DNA from: an uncultured bacterium
Lineage (GTDB): Bacteria; UBA8481
DNA: 64,000 nucleotides
Assembly: GCA_964548165.1 (NCBI GenBank)
Contig: CAZJQD010000013.1
Span: forward strand, 12,454-76,453
Direction: 5' to 3'
Shown here: positions 48,408 to 58,333 of the stretch, piece by piece
Numbering within the stretch: the first letter of the stretch is position 1
Layout of the letters: the number at the start of each line of letters is the position of its first letter
The notes under the pieces: model-generated
What the model was told of the DNA's origin: nothing
The model's input: only the letters and a program-made list of their open reading frames with translations
The model's database searches: none
Translations under genes and position numbers: made by a program

Positions 48408-49340
48408 TTAGCGCAAGCCTTCGTCCCGGTAGGCGGCCTCGACGGCGGAAAGATCGCGGGGGGTCGGATCGGCGAAGACCGACCGGAAGAAGACGCTCAG
48501 CGTGCGCTCGAAGCTCGCGGGGTTGTGCCCCCACGATCCGGCATGGCCGTTGCCGCCCGTTTCCAGGAAGAGCTTGGGCCCGGAGGCGGCCTCAAAGAGA
48601 GCCCGGGACCGGGCGATCGGGATCGTCATGTCTTCGGAGACGTGAAAGAAGAGGCACGGTATGGGGTGACGCGCGAGCTGGGCCGCGTTATCGACGGCCG
48701 ACGCCGGGCTCCCTGTCAGCAGGCGATAAGCCCACGTGCCGAGGATGCCGAAGGGGCGGGGAAGCTTGTAGTAGCTGACGCCGAGGTCGACGAGGAGGGT
48801 GTCGAGACGATCGAAGGAGGAGTCGAGGACCATGCCTCGCAGGGCGGGATGGCCGGCGATTCCCTGGATGGCGGCGGCCGATCCCATCGATTGGGCATAG
48901 ACGCCGAGGCGCGACGCGTCGACGGCGGGTCGCCGCTTGAGGGCGTCGATCGCGATCTGCAGGTCGAGCTTCTCGCGCAGGCCGAACGTGATCGGCGCAT
49001 CGCCGCTCTCGCCGTGGCCCCTGAGGTCGGGCATGAGGACGTGATAGCCGTCGCGGTGAAGCGCGGCCGCGAGGGACAGGAGTCCATGCTTGGCCCCGCC
49101 CTTGCCGTGGACGAGCACGATGCACGGCGCTCCGGTCTCGCCCGCGATCAGCCAGGCGCGGATGTGGACCCCGTCCACGGTCACGAGGTAGAGGGTCTCG
49201 GAGGTCATGCCGAAGTCCTCGGGGCGCGGGGACGTGTCCTCGCTGCCTCGTACCGGTCTCATGTTGAGCCAGGTGAGGTAGAAGGGCACGAATACGACGA
49301 GGGCCGCCATCGACGCGGCGAAAAGGACGACAAGCTTCAC
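48408..49340 (-). CDS. Alpha/beta hydrolase-fold protein with an N-terminal transmembrane anchor
   Basis: LVHGKGGAKH and the GVYAQSMGSAAA nucleophile elbow. Confidence 0.8.
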   Translation of the reverse strand: MKLVVLFAASMAALVVFVPFYLTWLNMRPVRGSEDTSPRPEDFGMTSETLYLVTVDGVHIRAWLIAGETGAPCIVLVHGKGGAKHGLLSLAAALHRDGYHVLMPDLRGHGESGDAPITFGLREKLDLQIAIDALKRRPAVDASRLGVYAQSMGSAAAIQGIAGHPALRGMVLDSSFDRLDTLLVDLGVSYYKLPRPFGILGTWAYRLLTGSPASAVDNAAQLARHPIPCLFFHVSEDMTIPIARSRALFEAASGPKLFLETGGNGHAGSWGHNPASFERTLSVFFRSVFADPTPRDLSAVEAAYRDEGLR

Positions 49341-49429
49341 GGCGCGAGTGTAGCAGAGGCCATGGCCGGTTAGAACCCGGGCCTGTGACAGCCGGTTGAC
49401 ATTATCGGCGGGCGATCTAGGCTCTGGGC

Positions 49430-50080
49430 ATGGATGACGCCGGGTTGAGCCGCATGGTGGACGAGATTGTCCGCAACATTGCCGGCACCCCGCTCGTCAA
49501 CCCCGCTCCCACGCGCATGGTCGTCGTGGGTGTCTCCAATCGGCACGGTCACCTCACCCGGGAGCACACGGAGATCCTCTTCGGCCCCGGCAAGCGGTTG
49601 ACCTCCTTGCGGCCGCTCTTGCAGCCCGGCCAGTTCGCCTGCAACGAGACGCTGACGGTCGTCACGGCCAAGGGGCAGATCCAGCGCGTCCGGCTCATCG
49701 GCCCCGAGCGCAAGTATACCCAGGTGGAGCTTTCGCGGACGGAGGCCATCCAGCTGGGGCTGGATCCGCCGGTCCGGCAGTCCGGCGAACTCGAGGGCAC
49801 CCCCGGATGCACGCTGATCGGTCCGGCGGGCACGGTCGTGATTCCGAGGGGCGTCATCATCGCGGGGCGGCACATCCACTGCCATACGTCGGAAGCGGAG
49901 GCGCTCCGGCTGAAGGATCGCCAACTGGTCCGGGTGCGCGTCGCGGGCGAGCGCGGCGCTGTCCTGGAGCAGGTGCTGGTCCGGGTTCACCCGGAGTTCA
50001 AGCTGGAGATCCACGTGGATACCGACGAGGCCAACGCACTGGGGCTTCACAACGGCGACCACGTGGAGATCCAGAGGTAG
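49430..50080 (+). CDS. pduL: Phosphate propanoyl/acetyl-transferase PduL (BMC phosphotransacylase)
   Basis: Two PduL repeats (VVGVSNRHGHLTREHTEILFG...; IIAGRHIHCHTSEAEAL...HVDTDEANALGL) and an N-terminal amphipathic LSRMVDEIVRNIAG encapsulation-peptide-like helix. Confidence 0.85.
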   Translation: MDDAGLSRMVDEIVRNIAGTPLVNPAPTRMVVVGVSNRHGHLTREHTEILFGPGKRLTSLRPLLQPGQFACNETLTVVTAKGQIQRVRLIGPERKYTQVELSRTEAIQLGLDPPVRQSGELEGTPGCTLIGPAGTVVIPRGVIIAGRHIHCHTSEAEALRLKDRQLVRVRVAGERGAVLEQVLVRVHPEFKLEIHVDTDEANALGLHNGDHVEIQR

Positions 50081-50216
50081 GAGTGCGAGCGGAAACGCAC
50101 AGGATGGTGGCTTCCGGCCGTGAATCGGTTTGCATCGGTCGGACGGATGGAGGATATTGCCAGCGTCGTCGTCAGGCGGTAGTCTGGCAGGCTTCAATTT
50201 TCTGGAGGAGGTTCTT

Positions 50217-50507
<291 letters not shown>

Positions 50508-50514
50508 TCCATCG

Positions 50515-50823
50515 GTGAAGCTGGGTCGCGTCGTCGGCACGGTCGTCGCCACCCGCAAGTCTCCCAAGCTTCAGGGCACCAAGCTCCTGGTGGTGGAGGA
50601 ATGCGATATGGCCGGCAAGCCGAAGGGAACGTTCGTCGTCGCGGCGGACACGGTGGGCGCGGGCGCCAATGAAGTGGTGCTCCTCGTCGCCGGATCCTCC
50701 GCGCGCCTGGCGTATCCCAAGGAAGGCACGCCCATCGACGCGGCCGTCTCCGCGATCATCGATTCCGTCGATATCGCCGGAAAGGAACTGCACCCCAACG
50801 CCTGGCAGCCCGGCGAAGGCTGA
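50515..50823 (+). CDS. Bacterial microcompartment vertex protein, BMC-P (EutN/CcmL/PduN family)
   Basis: [15 protein letters not shown]...KLLVVEE...[23 protein letters not shown]. Confidence 0.85.
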   Translation: MKLGRVVGTVVATRKSPKLQGTKLLVVEECDMAGKPKGTFVVAADTVGAGANEVVLLVAGSSARLAYPKEGTPIDAAVSAIIDSVDIAGKELHPNAWQPGEG

Positions 50824-50909
50824 GCGGCCCGGCGGGACAGGATACTGTCCTGCCGGGCAGTGCGCGGTCGAACCGGGCAGGGTGAGGGGACCGTCTTGAG
50901 GAATCAGCT

Positions 50910-52337
50910 ATGGCAATTGATGACGCACAGATAGCGGCGATCACGCGCAAGGTGATGACGCGCCTCGGCGCCGAGGCCCCGGCGGCGACGCTTCCGGAGG
51001 CTTCGGACGGCGTCTTCACGCGCATGGAAGACGCCATCGCCGCCGCGGCCGCGGCCCAGAAGCAGTGGGTGTCTCTCACGATCGAGAAGCGCAACCTCAT
51101 CATCGCCGCCATGCGCAAGGTCATCGTCGACGCCGCGCGCGAGCTGGCCGAGCTCGCCGTCCAGGAGACGGGGATGGGCCGGGTCGAGCACAAGGTGAAG
51201 AAGAACATCCTCGCCGCGACCCGCACGCCCGGTACCGAAGAACTGCCGCACGTCGCGTACTCGGGCGATCACGGCGTCACGCTCGAGGAATACACCCCGT
51301 TCGGCGTCGTCGGATCGATCACGCCTTCGACGAACCCGTCGGAGACCATCACCAACAACGCCATCCTCGCGGTGGCGGCCGGCAACAGCATCGTCTACAA
51401 CACGCACCCCGGCGCCAAGCGCGTCTCGATCCGCTGCCTGACGCTCCTGAACCGCGCCATCATCGACAACGGCGGACCCCGCAACCTGCTGGCCACCGTC
51501 GCCAACCCGACCCTGGAAGCGGCCCAGGTCATGTTCACATCCCCGACCATCCGCCTTCTCTGCGTTACCGGCGGCGGCGGCGTGATCAAGGACGCCCTGA
51601 AGTCAGGGAAGAGGTGCCTGGCTGCCGGGCCCGGCAACCCGCCCGTCATCGTCGACGAGACCGCCGACCTCGCGAAGGCGGGTCAGAAGATCGTCGACGG
51701 CTGCTCGCTCGACAACAACATCGTCTGCATCGCCGAGAAAGAAGTGTTCGTCGTCGAGAGCGTGGCCGACGGGCTGAAGGCCGAGATGAAGAAGGCGGGC
51801 GGCTACGAGCTTCGCCCGTTCGAACTCGACAAGCTCCTCAAGACCTGCCTCGACGGCTACGAGGGCCCCCACGGCCCGCGCGCGCGCGCTCGCAAGGATT
51901 CCGTCGGACGCGACGCCTCCGTCCTCGCGGCCCGGATCGGCCTGACCATCCCCGCCGCCACGAAGGTGCTCTTCTGCGACGTCGGCAACAACCCGAAGCA
52001 CCCCCTGGTGCAGACCGAGCAGCTGATGCCGATCCTGCCGGTGGTCCGCGTTCCTGATTTCGACGCCGCCTTCGCGGCCGCGCTCGACGCCGAGCACGGG
52101 TATTCACACACCGCGATGATGCACTCGACGAACCTCGACCGCATCACGAACTTCGGTCGCGCCGCGAATTGCTCGATCTTCATCGTCAACGGCTCCTGCT
52201 ACAACGGTCTCGGGCTGGAGGGAGAGGGCCCGACGGCCTGGAGCATCACGACGCCGACGGGCGAGGGTTGCACCACGCCGCGCAACTTCGCGCGCAAGCG
52301 CCGCCTGGCGCTCGTCGGGGCGCTTAGGATCTACTAG
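50910..52337 (+). CDS. CoA-acylating aldehyde dehydrogenase (PduP/EutE-like) with an N-terminal encapsulation peptide
   Basis: Aldehyde dehydrogenase fold with catalytic Cys (IVCIAEKE) and an N-terminal IAAITRKVMTRL helix plus Ala/Pro linker. Confidence 0.85.
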   Translation: MAIDDAQIAAITRKVMTRLGAEAPAATLPEASDGVFTRMEDAIAAAAAAQKQWVSLTIEKRNLIIAAMRKVIVDAARELAELAVQETGMGRVEHKVKKNILAATRTPGTEELPHVAYSGDHGVTLEEYTPFGVVGSITPSTNPSETITNNAILAVAAGNSIVYNTHPGAKRVSIRCLTLLNRAIIDNGGPRNLLATVANPTLEAAQVMFTSPTIRLLCVTGGGGVIKDALKSGKRCLAAGPGNPPVIVDETADLAKAGQKIVDGCSLDNNIVCIAEKEVFVVESVADGLKAEMKKAGGYELRPFELDKLLKTCLDGYEGPHGPRARARKDSVGRDASVLAARIGLTIPAATKVLFCDVGNNPKHPLVQTEQLMPILPVVRVPDFDAAFAAALDAEHGYSHTAMMHSTNLDRITNFGRAANCSIFIVNGSCYNGLGLEGEGPTAWSITTPTGEGCTTPRNFARKRRLALVGALRIY

Positions 52338-53722
52338 TGGTCGTCCCCCACGCGTCGCCGGCGGGGCCGGGCGGCGCGCCGAAGGGGGAGGGCGTACGCT
52401 CGTCCTCGCTTGCCGATTGTGCGCGCCTCGCCGGAGTCGTCGGCGGCGGAGGCGCCGGCTTTCCCACCCACGTCAAGGCAGCCAGCTCCGTCGAGATCGT
52501 CATCGCGAACGGGGCGGAGTGCGAACCACTGCTCCGCGTCGACCAGCAGTTGATGGCGCGTTATCCCGAGAAGCTCGTCGCCGGCCTCAAGCGCCTCCAG
52601 GCGGCGACCGGGGCGAAGCGAGCCGTCATCGGCCTGAAGGAGAAGTACAAGGACGCGATCAAGGCCTTGTCCCCGGTGGCGGCCGCCCAGGGCGTCGAGC
52701 TGCACACGCTCGGGGCCTTCTACCCGGCCGGCGACGAGGTGACGCTCGTCTTCGAGGTCACGGGCCGGATCATTCCCGAGGGCGGACTGCCCCTGAACGT
52801 CGGGTGCGTGGTCCAGAACATCCAGACGCTCCTCTGGATCGAGGACGCCGCGGCCGGCAACCCGGTCACGTCGCGCCACATCACGGTCGGCGGGGCGGTG
52901 CGGAGCCCCGGCACGTTCCAGGTACCCGTCGGGCTTCCGGTTGCCGACGCGCTGGAGCTTGCCGGCGGCGCGCTCGACGACGAGTTCGTGGTTGTCGACG
53001 GCGGGCCGATGATGGGGCGATTCGTGCCCGTCGAGGCCAGCGTCACCAAGAAGACCTCGGGTCTCCTCGTCTTCCCGGCGGACCATCCGTACGTTCTCAA
53101 GCGGACGGAGAACGTGCGGATTTCCTGGAAGCGCGCGGCCTCGGCCTGCACGGTCTGCGAGGACTGCACCAAGTACTGCCCGCGCTTCGTCCTGGGTCAC
53201 CGCGTCCTCCCTCACCGCGCCATGCGCCAGACGGCGATGACGCCGGATCCGCCGCCGATGGAAGGCTACGCGTTGACGGGCGCCATCTGCTGCGAGTGCG
53301 GGATCTGCACGCTCTGGTCCTGCCCGATGGACCTGAGGCCGCGCGAGGTGATGCAGTTCATCAAGCGCAAGATGATCGCGACGAAGACGCCGAACCCCTT
53401 CAAGGGCCAGGACGGGCCCCTGCACCCGGCCTACGAGGATCGCAAGATCCCCGTGGACCGGCTCATCAAGGGCCTTCAGCTCGGCGCCTGGGACGTGCCC
53501 GCCCCGCTGGCGACCGGCCTCGTTGCGGCGAAGCTGGTGCGCCTTCCGCTCTCCCAGCACGTGGGCGCGCCCGCCCGGGCGGTCGTGAAGGCCGGCGATC
53601 TCGTGAAGCCCGGGGACCTCGTGGGCGAGATTCCCGAGGGCGTCCTGGGCGCGCGCGTGCACGCGTCGATCGGCGGGAGAGTCAGCGCCGTAGGCGAATA
53701 CGTGGAGATCAGGAGTGAATGA
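52337..53722 (+). CDS. PduS-like RnfC-family Fe-S flavoprotein
   Basis: GGGGAGFPTHVK NADH/FMN motif and two 4Fe-4S ferredoxin motifs (CTVCEDCTKYCP; CCECGICTLWSCP). Confidence 0.8.
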   Translation: MVVPHASPAGPGGAPKGEGVRSSSLADCARLAGVVGGGGAGFPTHVKAASSVEIVIANGAECEPLLRVDQQLMARYPEKLVAGLKRLQAATGAKRAVIGLKEKYKDAIKALSPVAAAQGVELHTLGAFYPAGDEVTLVFEVTGRIIPEGGLPLNVGCVVQNIQTLLWIEDAAAGNPVTSRHITVGGAVRSPGTFQVPVGLPVADALELAGGALDDEFVVVDGGPMMGRFVPVEASVTKKTSGLLVFPADHPYVLKRTENVRISWKRAASACTVCEDCTKYCPRFVLGHRVLPHRAMRQTAMTPDPPPMEGYALTGAICCECGICTLWSCPMDLRPREVMQFIKRKMIATKTPNPFKGQDGPLHPAYEDRKIPVDRLIKGLQLGAWDVPAPLATGLVAAKLVRLPLSQHVGAPARAVVKAGDLVKPGDLVGEIPEGVLGARVHASIGGRVSAVGEYVEIRSE

Positions 53723-53738
53723 AAATGAGGTGTTGGTC

Positions 53739-54308
53739 ATGAAGAAGGAACAAGCGCGTCCCGAATGGGCGATCGGCATGCTGGAGACGAACTCGATCGC
53801 CCTGGGCATCGAGGGCGCCGACACGATGCTCAAGGCCGCCCAGGTGACGCTCATCGACGCGCACCCGATCTGCCCGGGCAAGTACCTGAGCGTCTGGCGC
53901 GGCGAGGTCGGGTCGATCGAGACGGCGCTGGCGGCGGGAAAGAAGAAGGTCGGCTCCACGCTCGTCGACACCACCATCATCCCGCGCGTCCACGAGGACG
54001 TCTTTGCCGCGCTCGCGGGCGCGGTCACCGTCGACGAGCTCGACGCGGTCGGCGTCCTGGAATCGTTCTCGGTCTCCTGCCTCATCCGCGCCGCCGACGC
54101 GGCGGTGAAGACGGCCGAGGTGAAGCTCGTGGAGGCCCGCCTCGCGACCGGCATCGGCGGCAAGGGCTTCTTCGTTCTCACGGGCGCCGTTGGCCCCGTC
54201 AACGACGCGATGGCCGCCGCGACCGCGGTCGCGAAGACGCACGGCCTCCTTCATTCCTCGATCGTCATCCCGCAACCGCACCCCGAGCTCATGAAGGCGA
54301 TCTTCTAA
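53739..54308 (+). CDS. Tandem-domain BMC shell protein, BMC-T (PduT-like)
   Basis: Two BMC domains (AIGMLETNSIALGIEGADTMLKAA...; VLESFSVSCLIRAADAAVKTA...). Cys in HPICPGK could be a cluster ligand. Confidence 0.8.
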   Translation: MKKEQARPEWAIGMLETNSIALGIEGADTMLKAAQVTLIDAHPICPGKYLSVWRGEVGSIETALAAGKKKVGSTLVDTTIIPRVHEDVFAALAGAVTVDELDAVGVLESFSVSCLIRAADAAVKTAEVKLVEARLATGIGGKGFFVLTGAVGPVNDAMAAATAVAKTHGLLHSSIVIPQPHPELMKAIF

Positions 54309-54479
54309 TGGTTGAAACTTCACTGGCCGGTCACAAGTCGTGTCTTGCCCAGTGAACGCGATGGGGGGAATCCGCAACGATCGGCGCTCGCGGATGCGAG
54401 AAAGCCGTGGGGGGAGATCGTCGCTCGCCCCCCTCGGCGACCGGCCCGGCTTTGCCGGGACGGTCGTGAGTGATCGCCC

Positions 54480-54965
54480 GTGAATTACGAGGAGATTCGG
54501 AGGTTCGTCGAGGAGGAGGTCCTGCGCTCGCTCTCCTCGGCCCGGTCCGGCGTTCGGATCCGCCGCTCCGTCCTCTCCGAGTCCCAGGTCGTCGCCGCCT
54601 GGCGCCGCGGATCACGAACCCTTGCCGTCGCGGCGGGCGGGATTATTACGCCGGCCGCGCGCGAACGCGCCGCGCATCTCGGCGTCTCGCTCCAGGAGAC
54701 CGTCGTTCCCCCGCGGCGCCCCAAGGACGTCGAGGCCGTCGTCGAGGCCGTGCTGGCCCAAGTGATCGCTTCCCTGGACGGTCGGCCGCGCGCCGAGCGA
54801 CCGGCCCCGACCGGGGCGGTCTCGGTCCGCCGCCTGGTCACCGCCGCTGATGTCGAGCAGGCGCGGTTTCGCGACAACGTGCTACGCGTCGGCAAGCGCG
54901 CGCGCGTCACGCCCTTGGCCTGGGATGTCGCGGAGAAGTACGGCGTGAGGATCGTCCGTGAGTAG
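54480..54965 (+). CDS. Hypothetical BMC-associated protein (161 aa; PduM-like?) with an N-terminal encapsulation-peptide-like helix
   Basis: N-terminus NYEEIRRFVEEEVLRSL; internal repeat IITPAARERAAHLGVSL / RVTPLAWDVAEKYGVRI; GTG start. Confidence 0.45.
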   Translation: MNYEEIRRFVEEEVLRSLSSARSGVRIRRSVLSESQVVAAWRRGSRTLAVAAGGIITPAARERAAHLGVSLQETVVPPRRPKDVEAVVEAVLAQVIASLDGRPRAERPAPTGAVSVRRLVTAADVEQARFRDNVLRVGKRARVTPLAWDVAEKYGVRIVRE

Positions 54966-56559
54966 GCGCCCCCCGATCAAACCATTCGAGGGCAGGCTTC
55001 GATCCGTTCTCTCGCTCTTCTTTCTTCTCGCCGCCGGGTGCGCGAGCCTGCCGGCGTCGCGGGGTGGAACGGTGGAGCTGGTCATCCTGCATACGAACGA
55101 TTGCCACGGCGGCCATCGCCCGGTGCGCGCTCCCGGATCGGCGCCCGACGCCCCGCCCCGCCTCGGCGGCGCCGCCGCGCTCATGACCTTCGTCGACGGC
55201 TGGCGGCGAACCGCCGGCGACTCGGCGGTGTTGCTCCTGGATGCCGGCGACATCTACCAGGGGACGCCGGAGGGAACGGAGACGAAAGGCAAGCTCTCGA
55301 TCGCGCTGATGAACCTGCTCGGCTACGACGCCGGCGCCATCGGCAACCACGAGTTCGATCATGGGGTCGACAACCTGCGAGGACTCCTCGCGGATGCGCG
55401 CTTTCCCCTGATGGCCGAGAACGTCGTGGACGCGCGGGCGGGGGGGCGCCCTCGCGAGATTCCCGCGCCCGTGATCCTGGTGCGCCAGGGCGTCCGCATC
55501 GGCATCGCGGGGCTCGTGACGGAGGATCTCGCGAAGGTTGCGCTCGTCGATCCCGTGAACGGGTGGGTGGCTGAGCGAGAACTACCCCCGGCCATCGCCG
55601 CCGTCCGCCAGCTCCGCGACTCCGGCGCCCAGGTCATCATCCTCGTCACGCACGTCGGCACCGAGCACGACTCGCGCCTGGCCGCGGGCCTCGCGGCCGC
55701 GCTCCCAGCTCGCGCCGGCGGCCGTCCGCCCGTCGACCTCATCGTCGGCGGCCATTCGCACACCCGCCTCGACACGCCGCTCTGGGTCGCGGGCATTCCC
55801 ATCGTCCAGACCGGCGCCAACGGCCGCGCGGTCGGCGAGGTCCGGGTCCGGTGGGATCGCGGCGCCTCCCGCGTGACCGGGCTCGAGTACCGCGTCGTCG
55901 ATCTCAAGCTCGAGAACTACCCCGAGGACTCCCGCGTGACGACGTTCCTGGCGCCCTGGCTGGCCGACATCGACGAGCGGATGAACGTCGTGGTGGGGAC
56001 GGCCGCCGTTCTCATCGACCGCGGCGGCCGGGGTGGCGGATCGAGCCGGCTCGGCAACCTCCAGACCGATATCGTCCGCGAGGCGATGGGCACGCAGGTC
56101 TGCTTCCAGAACAAGGGCGGGATCCGGGCCAACCTGGCGGCGGGTCCGGTCCGCCTGCGCGATCTCTACACCGTCAGCCCGTTCGGCAACACGGTCGTGA
56201 CCCTGGAGCTTTCCGGCCGCGACCTCCGGACCATCCTCGAGGGGTCGCTCTCCGGGGCGATCACGGGGATCGAGTTCTCGGGCCTCCGCGCCTGGTACGA
56301 TCCGGATCGGGCCGTGGGCGACCGCGTGACCCGGATCGAGGTCGGGGGGCAGCCGCTCGAGGGCGATCGGTTCTACACCGTCGCCACCAACTCATTCCTG
56401 GGGTACGGCGGCGACGGGTACACGCAGTTCAAGGACGCGCGGAACTGGCGCGACACCGGCCGCATCTGGCTCGAGCTCGAGGTGGAGTGGTGGAAGCGCC
56501 AGGCGGGCCCGATCACGGGCACCGCCGAAGCCCGCTGGATCCGGGATGAAACCAGGTGA
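54958..56559 (+). CDS. Bifunctional metallophosphatase / 5'-nucleotidase family lipoprotein
   Basis: Lipobox LAAGCAS; metallophosphatase motifs HTNDCHG, GDIYQG, GNHEFD; 5'-nucleotidase C-terminal domain. Confidence 0.8.
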   Translation: MSRRPPIKPFEGRLRSVLSLFFLLAAGCASLPASRGGTVELVILHTNDCHGGHRPVRAPGSAPDAPPRLGGAAALMTFVDGWRRTAGDSAVLLLDAGDIYQGTPEGTETKGKLSIALMNLLGYDAGAIGNHEFDHGVDNLRGLLADARFPLMAENVVDARAGGRPREIPAPVILVRQGVRIGIAGLVTEDLAKVALVDPVNGWVAERELPPAIAAVRQLRDSGAQVIILVTHVGTEHDSRLAAGLAAALPARAGGRPPVDLIVGGHSHTRLDTPLWVAGIPIVQTGANGRAVGEVRVRWDRGASRVTGLEYRVVDLKLENYPEDSRVTTFLAPWLADIDERMNVVVGTAAVLIDRGGRGGGSSRLGNLQTDIVREAMGTQVCFQNKGGIRANLAAGPVRLRDLYTVSPFGNTVVTLELSGRDLRTILEGSLSGAITGIEFSGLRAWYDPDRAVGDRVTRIEVGGQPLEGDRFYTVATNSFLGYGGDGYTQFKDARNWRDTGRIWLELEVEWWKRQAGPITGTAEARWIRDETR

Positions 56560-56598
56560 GGATCGCGATCCTCGCCCTTCGCGTGGCCACCCTCTAGC

Positions 56599-58257
56599 AT
56601 GTCGCTAAGGAGCCGCCTCTCGTTCTTCATCGCCGGCCTCCTTGTGCTTGTTCTTGCCGCCAACCTCATCCTGGTCCGCATCGAGCATTCGCGGTCCCTG
56701 CAGGCGGACCTGGATCGCCGTGCCGCCACCATCACGAGCTCCATCGGGCTCATCGTCCTGCCCCACCTCCTGATGAGGACGGCGAACCTGCACCTGGGGG
56801 AGTTCAGCGGGCTTCTTCAACGGCTGGTGCACGCCCAGAACGATGTGGCGCACATCGTGATCCGGGACGCGGAGGATGCCGTGGTGGTCAGTTTCCCCTC
56901 GCCGCCTCCGACCGTTCCCGACCTGTACCGCTACGAGCGCACCGAGGAACTGACGACGATCGCCGGCGGCACCGTCCACGGAACGGTGACGGTCCTCTTC
57001 AACCTTTCCGACCACGAGACGGAGGTTCGCGGCATCCTGCTCCGGCTCAGCGTCATCGCCCTCAGCATCGCGCTCCTCGGCGTCGTCATCGCTTTCGCGC
57101 TCTCCCGCAAGATCACGCGCCCGCTGGAGCAGTTGCGCGACGGGGCGGTGCAGTTCGGCAAGCAGAACTTCGCCACCCGCGTCAGCGTGGACGCGTGGGG
57201 CGGCGAGGAGCTCGGGACCCTGGCCACCACGTTCAACGACATGGCCTCGCGCATCGAGCGGCAGATCGGCCGCATCCGGGCGCTTCAGGAATGGTCGCGC
57301 GAGGTGGCCTCGGAGCTCGATCGCGAGCGCGTCATCGACGTCGTCGTCCGGGCGTTCAGCGAGCTGGGGCGCGTGGGCAAGATGTCGCTGATGATCCTCA
57401 ACGCCGACACCGGCTTCATCGAGATCGTGGGCGGAAGAGGACTCCACCCGGACGTCCAGAACTTTCTCCGGCTGAAGGTGGGGGAGGGCATTGCCGGGAA
57501 GGTCATCGAGACCGGGAAGGTCATCCGCGTCGACTCGCTCGACGATTGCGCGGAGTACAAGACCCACACCGCGACCTCGGGCCTTCGCGGCGCGCTCCTC
57601 GCGCTCCCGCTCGTCGCGAAGGGGCGCTGTTTCGGCGTGGTCAACCTGCACGAGAAGAGCGACGGGACGAACTTCGATAATTCCGACGAGCCGATCCTCA
57701 AGACCCTGGCCGAGATCGCCGCGGTCGCCTTCGAGAACTCCCGCCTCTACGATCTCGCCATCACCGACGGGCTCACCAAGCTCTTCATCGTCCGGTATTT
57801 CCACCAGAGGTTGGAGGAGGAGATCGTCCGGACGCGGCGCACCAGCCAGCCCCTCTCCCTCCTGATGCTCGACATCGATCACTTCAAGGAAGTGAACGAC
57901 ACGTACGGGCACCAGGCCGGCGACTCGGTGCTCGTGACCCTGGCGCGCCTGGTCCGCCGCGTCTTCCGCGAGGTGGATATCCCGTGCCGCTACGGCGGCG
58001 AGGAGTTCGCCATCATCCTGCCCAACACGGACAAGGACGGGGCGCGCATCGTGGGGGATCGCTTCCGGGCGACCGTGGAGGGTTTCGCCTTCAGCACGCC
58101 GTCGGGCGAGATCCGGCTCTCCGTGAGCGTGGGGCTGGCGACCTACAGTTTCGGGAAGCGGCGCGAGGAGCTCATCCACGAGGCGGACTCGGCCTTGTAT
58201 CACTCCAAGCGCAACGGCAGGAACCAGACGACGCATTTCGCGGAGATGGGTTCGTGA
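56599..58257 (+). CDS. Diguanylate cyclase (transmembrane HAMP-GAF-GGDEF; active-site GGEEF)
   Basis: HAMP after the transmembrane segment, GAF in the middle, then GGDEF-domain motifs (RYGGEEF, DHFKEVND). Confidence 0.8.
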   Translation: MSLRSRLSFFIAGLLVLVLAANLILVRIEHSRSLQADLDRRAATITSSIGLIVLPHLLMRTANLHLGEFSGLLQRLVHAQNDVAHIVIRDAEDAVVVSFPSPPPTVPDLYRYERTEELTTIAGGTVHGTVTVLFNLSDHETEVRGILLRLSVIALSIALLGVVIAFALSRKITRPLEQLRDGAVQFGKQNFATRVSVDAWGGEELGTLATTFNDMASRIERQIGRIRALQEWSREVASELDRERVIDVVVRAFSELGRVGKMSLMILNADTGFIEIVGGRGLHPDVQNFLRLKVGEGIAGKVIETGKVIRVDSLDDCAEYKTHTATSGLRGALLALPLVAKGRCFGVVNLHEKSDGTNFDNSDEPILKTLAEIAAVAFENSRLYDLAITDGLTKLFIVRYFHQRLEEEIVRTRRTSQPLSLLMLDIDHFKEVNDTYGHQAGDSVLVTLARLVRRVFREVDIPCRYGGEEFAIILPNTDKDGARIVGDRFRATVEGFAFSTPSGEIRLSVSVGLATYSFGKRREELIHEADSALYHSKRNGRNQTTHFAEMGS

Positions 58258-58333
58258 TTTCGGCCGCTCCGTGGTCGGGTCGATCCGGCGGTTGCAATGG
58301 GGTACGAGGCGAACATAATGAACGGACAGGAGT

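Noticed and set aside
50824-50909. Short hairpin (CAGGA-tactg-TCCTG) between the BMC-P and aldehyde dehydrogenase genes
   Set aside because: The stem is only 5-6 bp with no T tract. It is too weak to call a terminator or attenuator.
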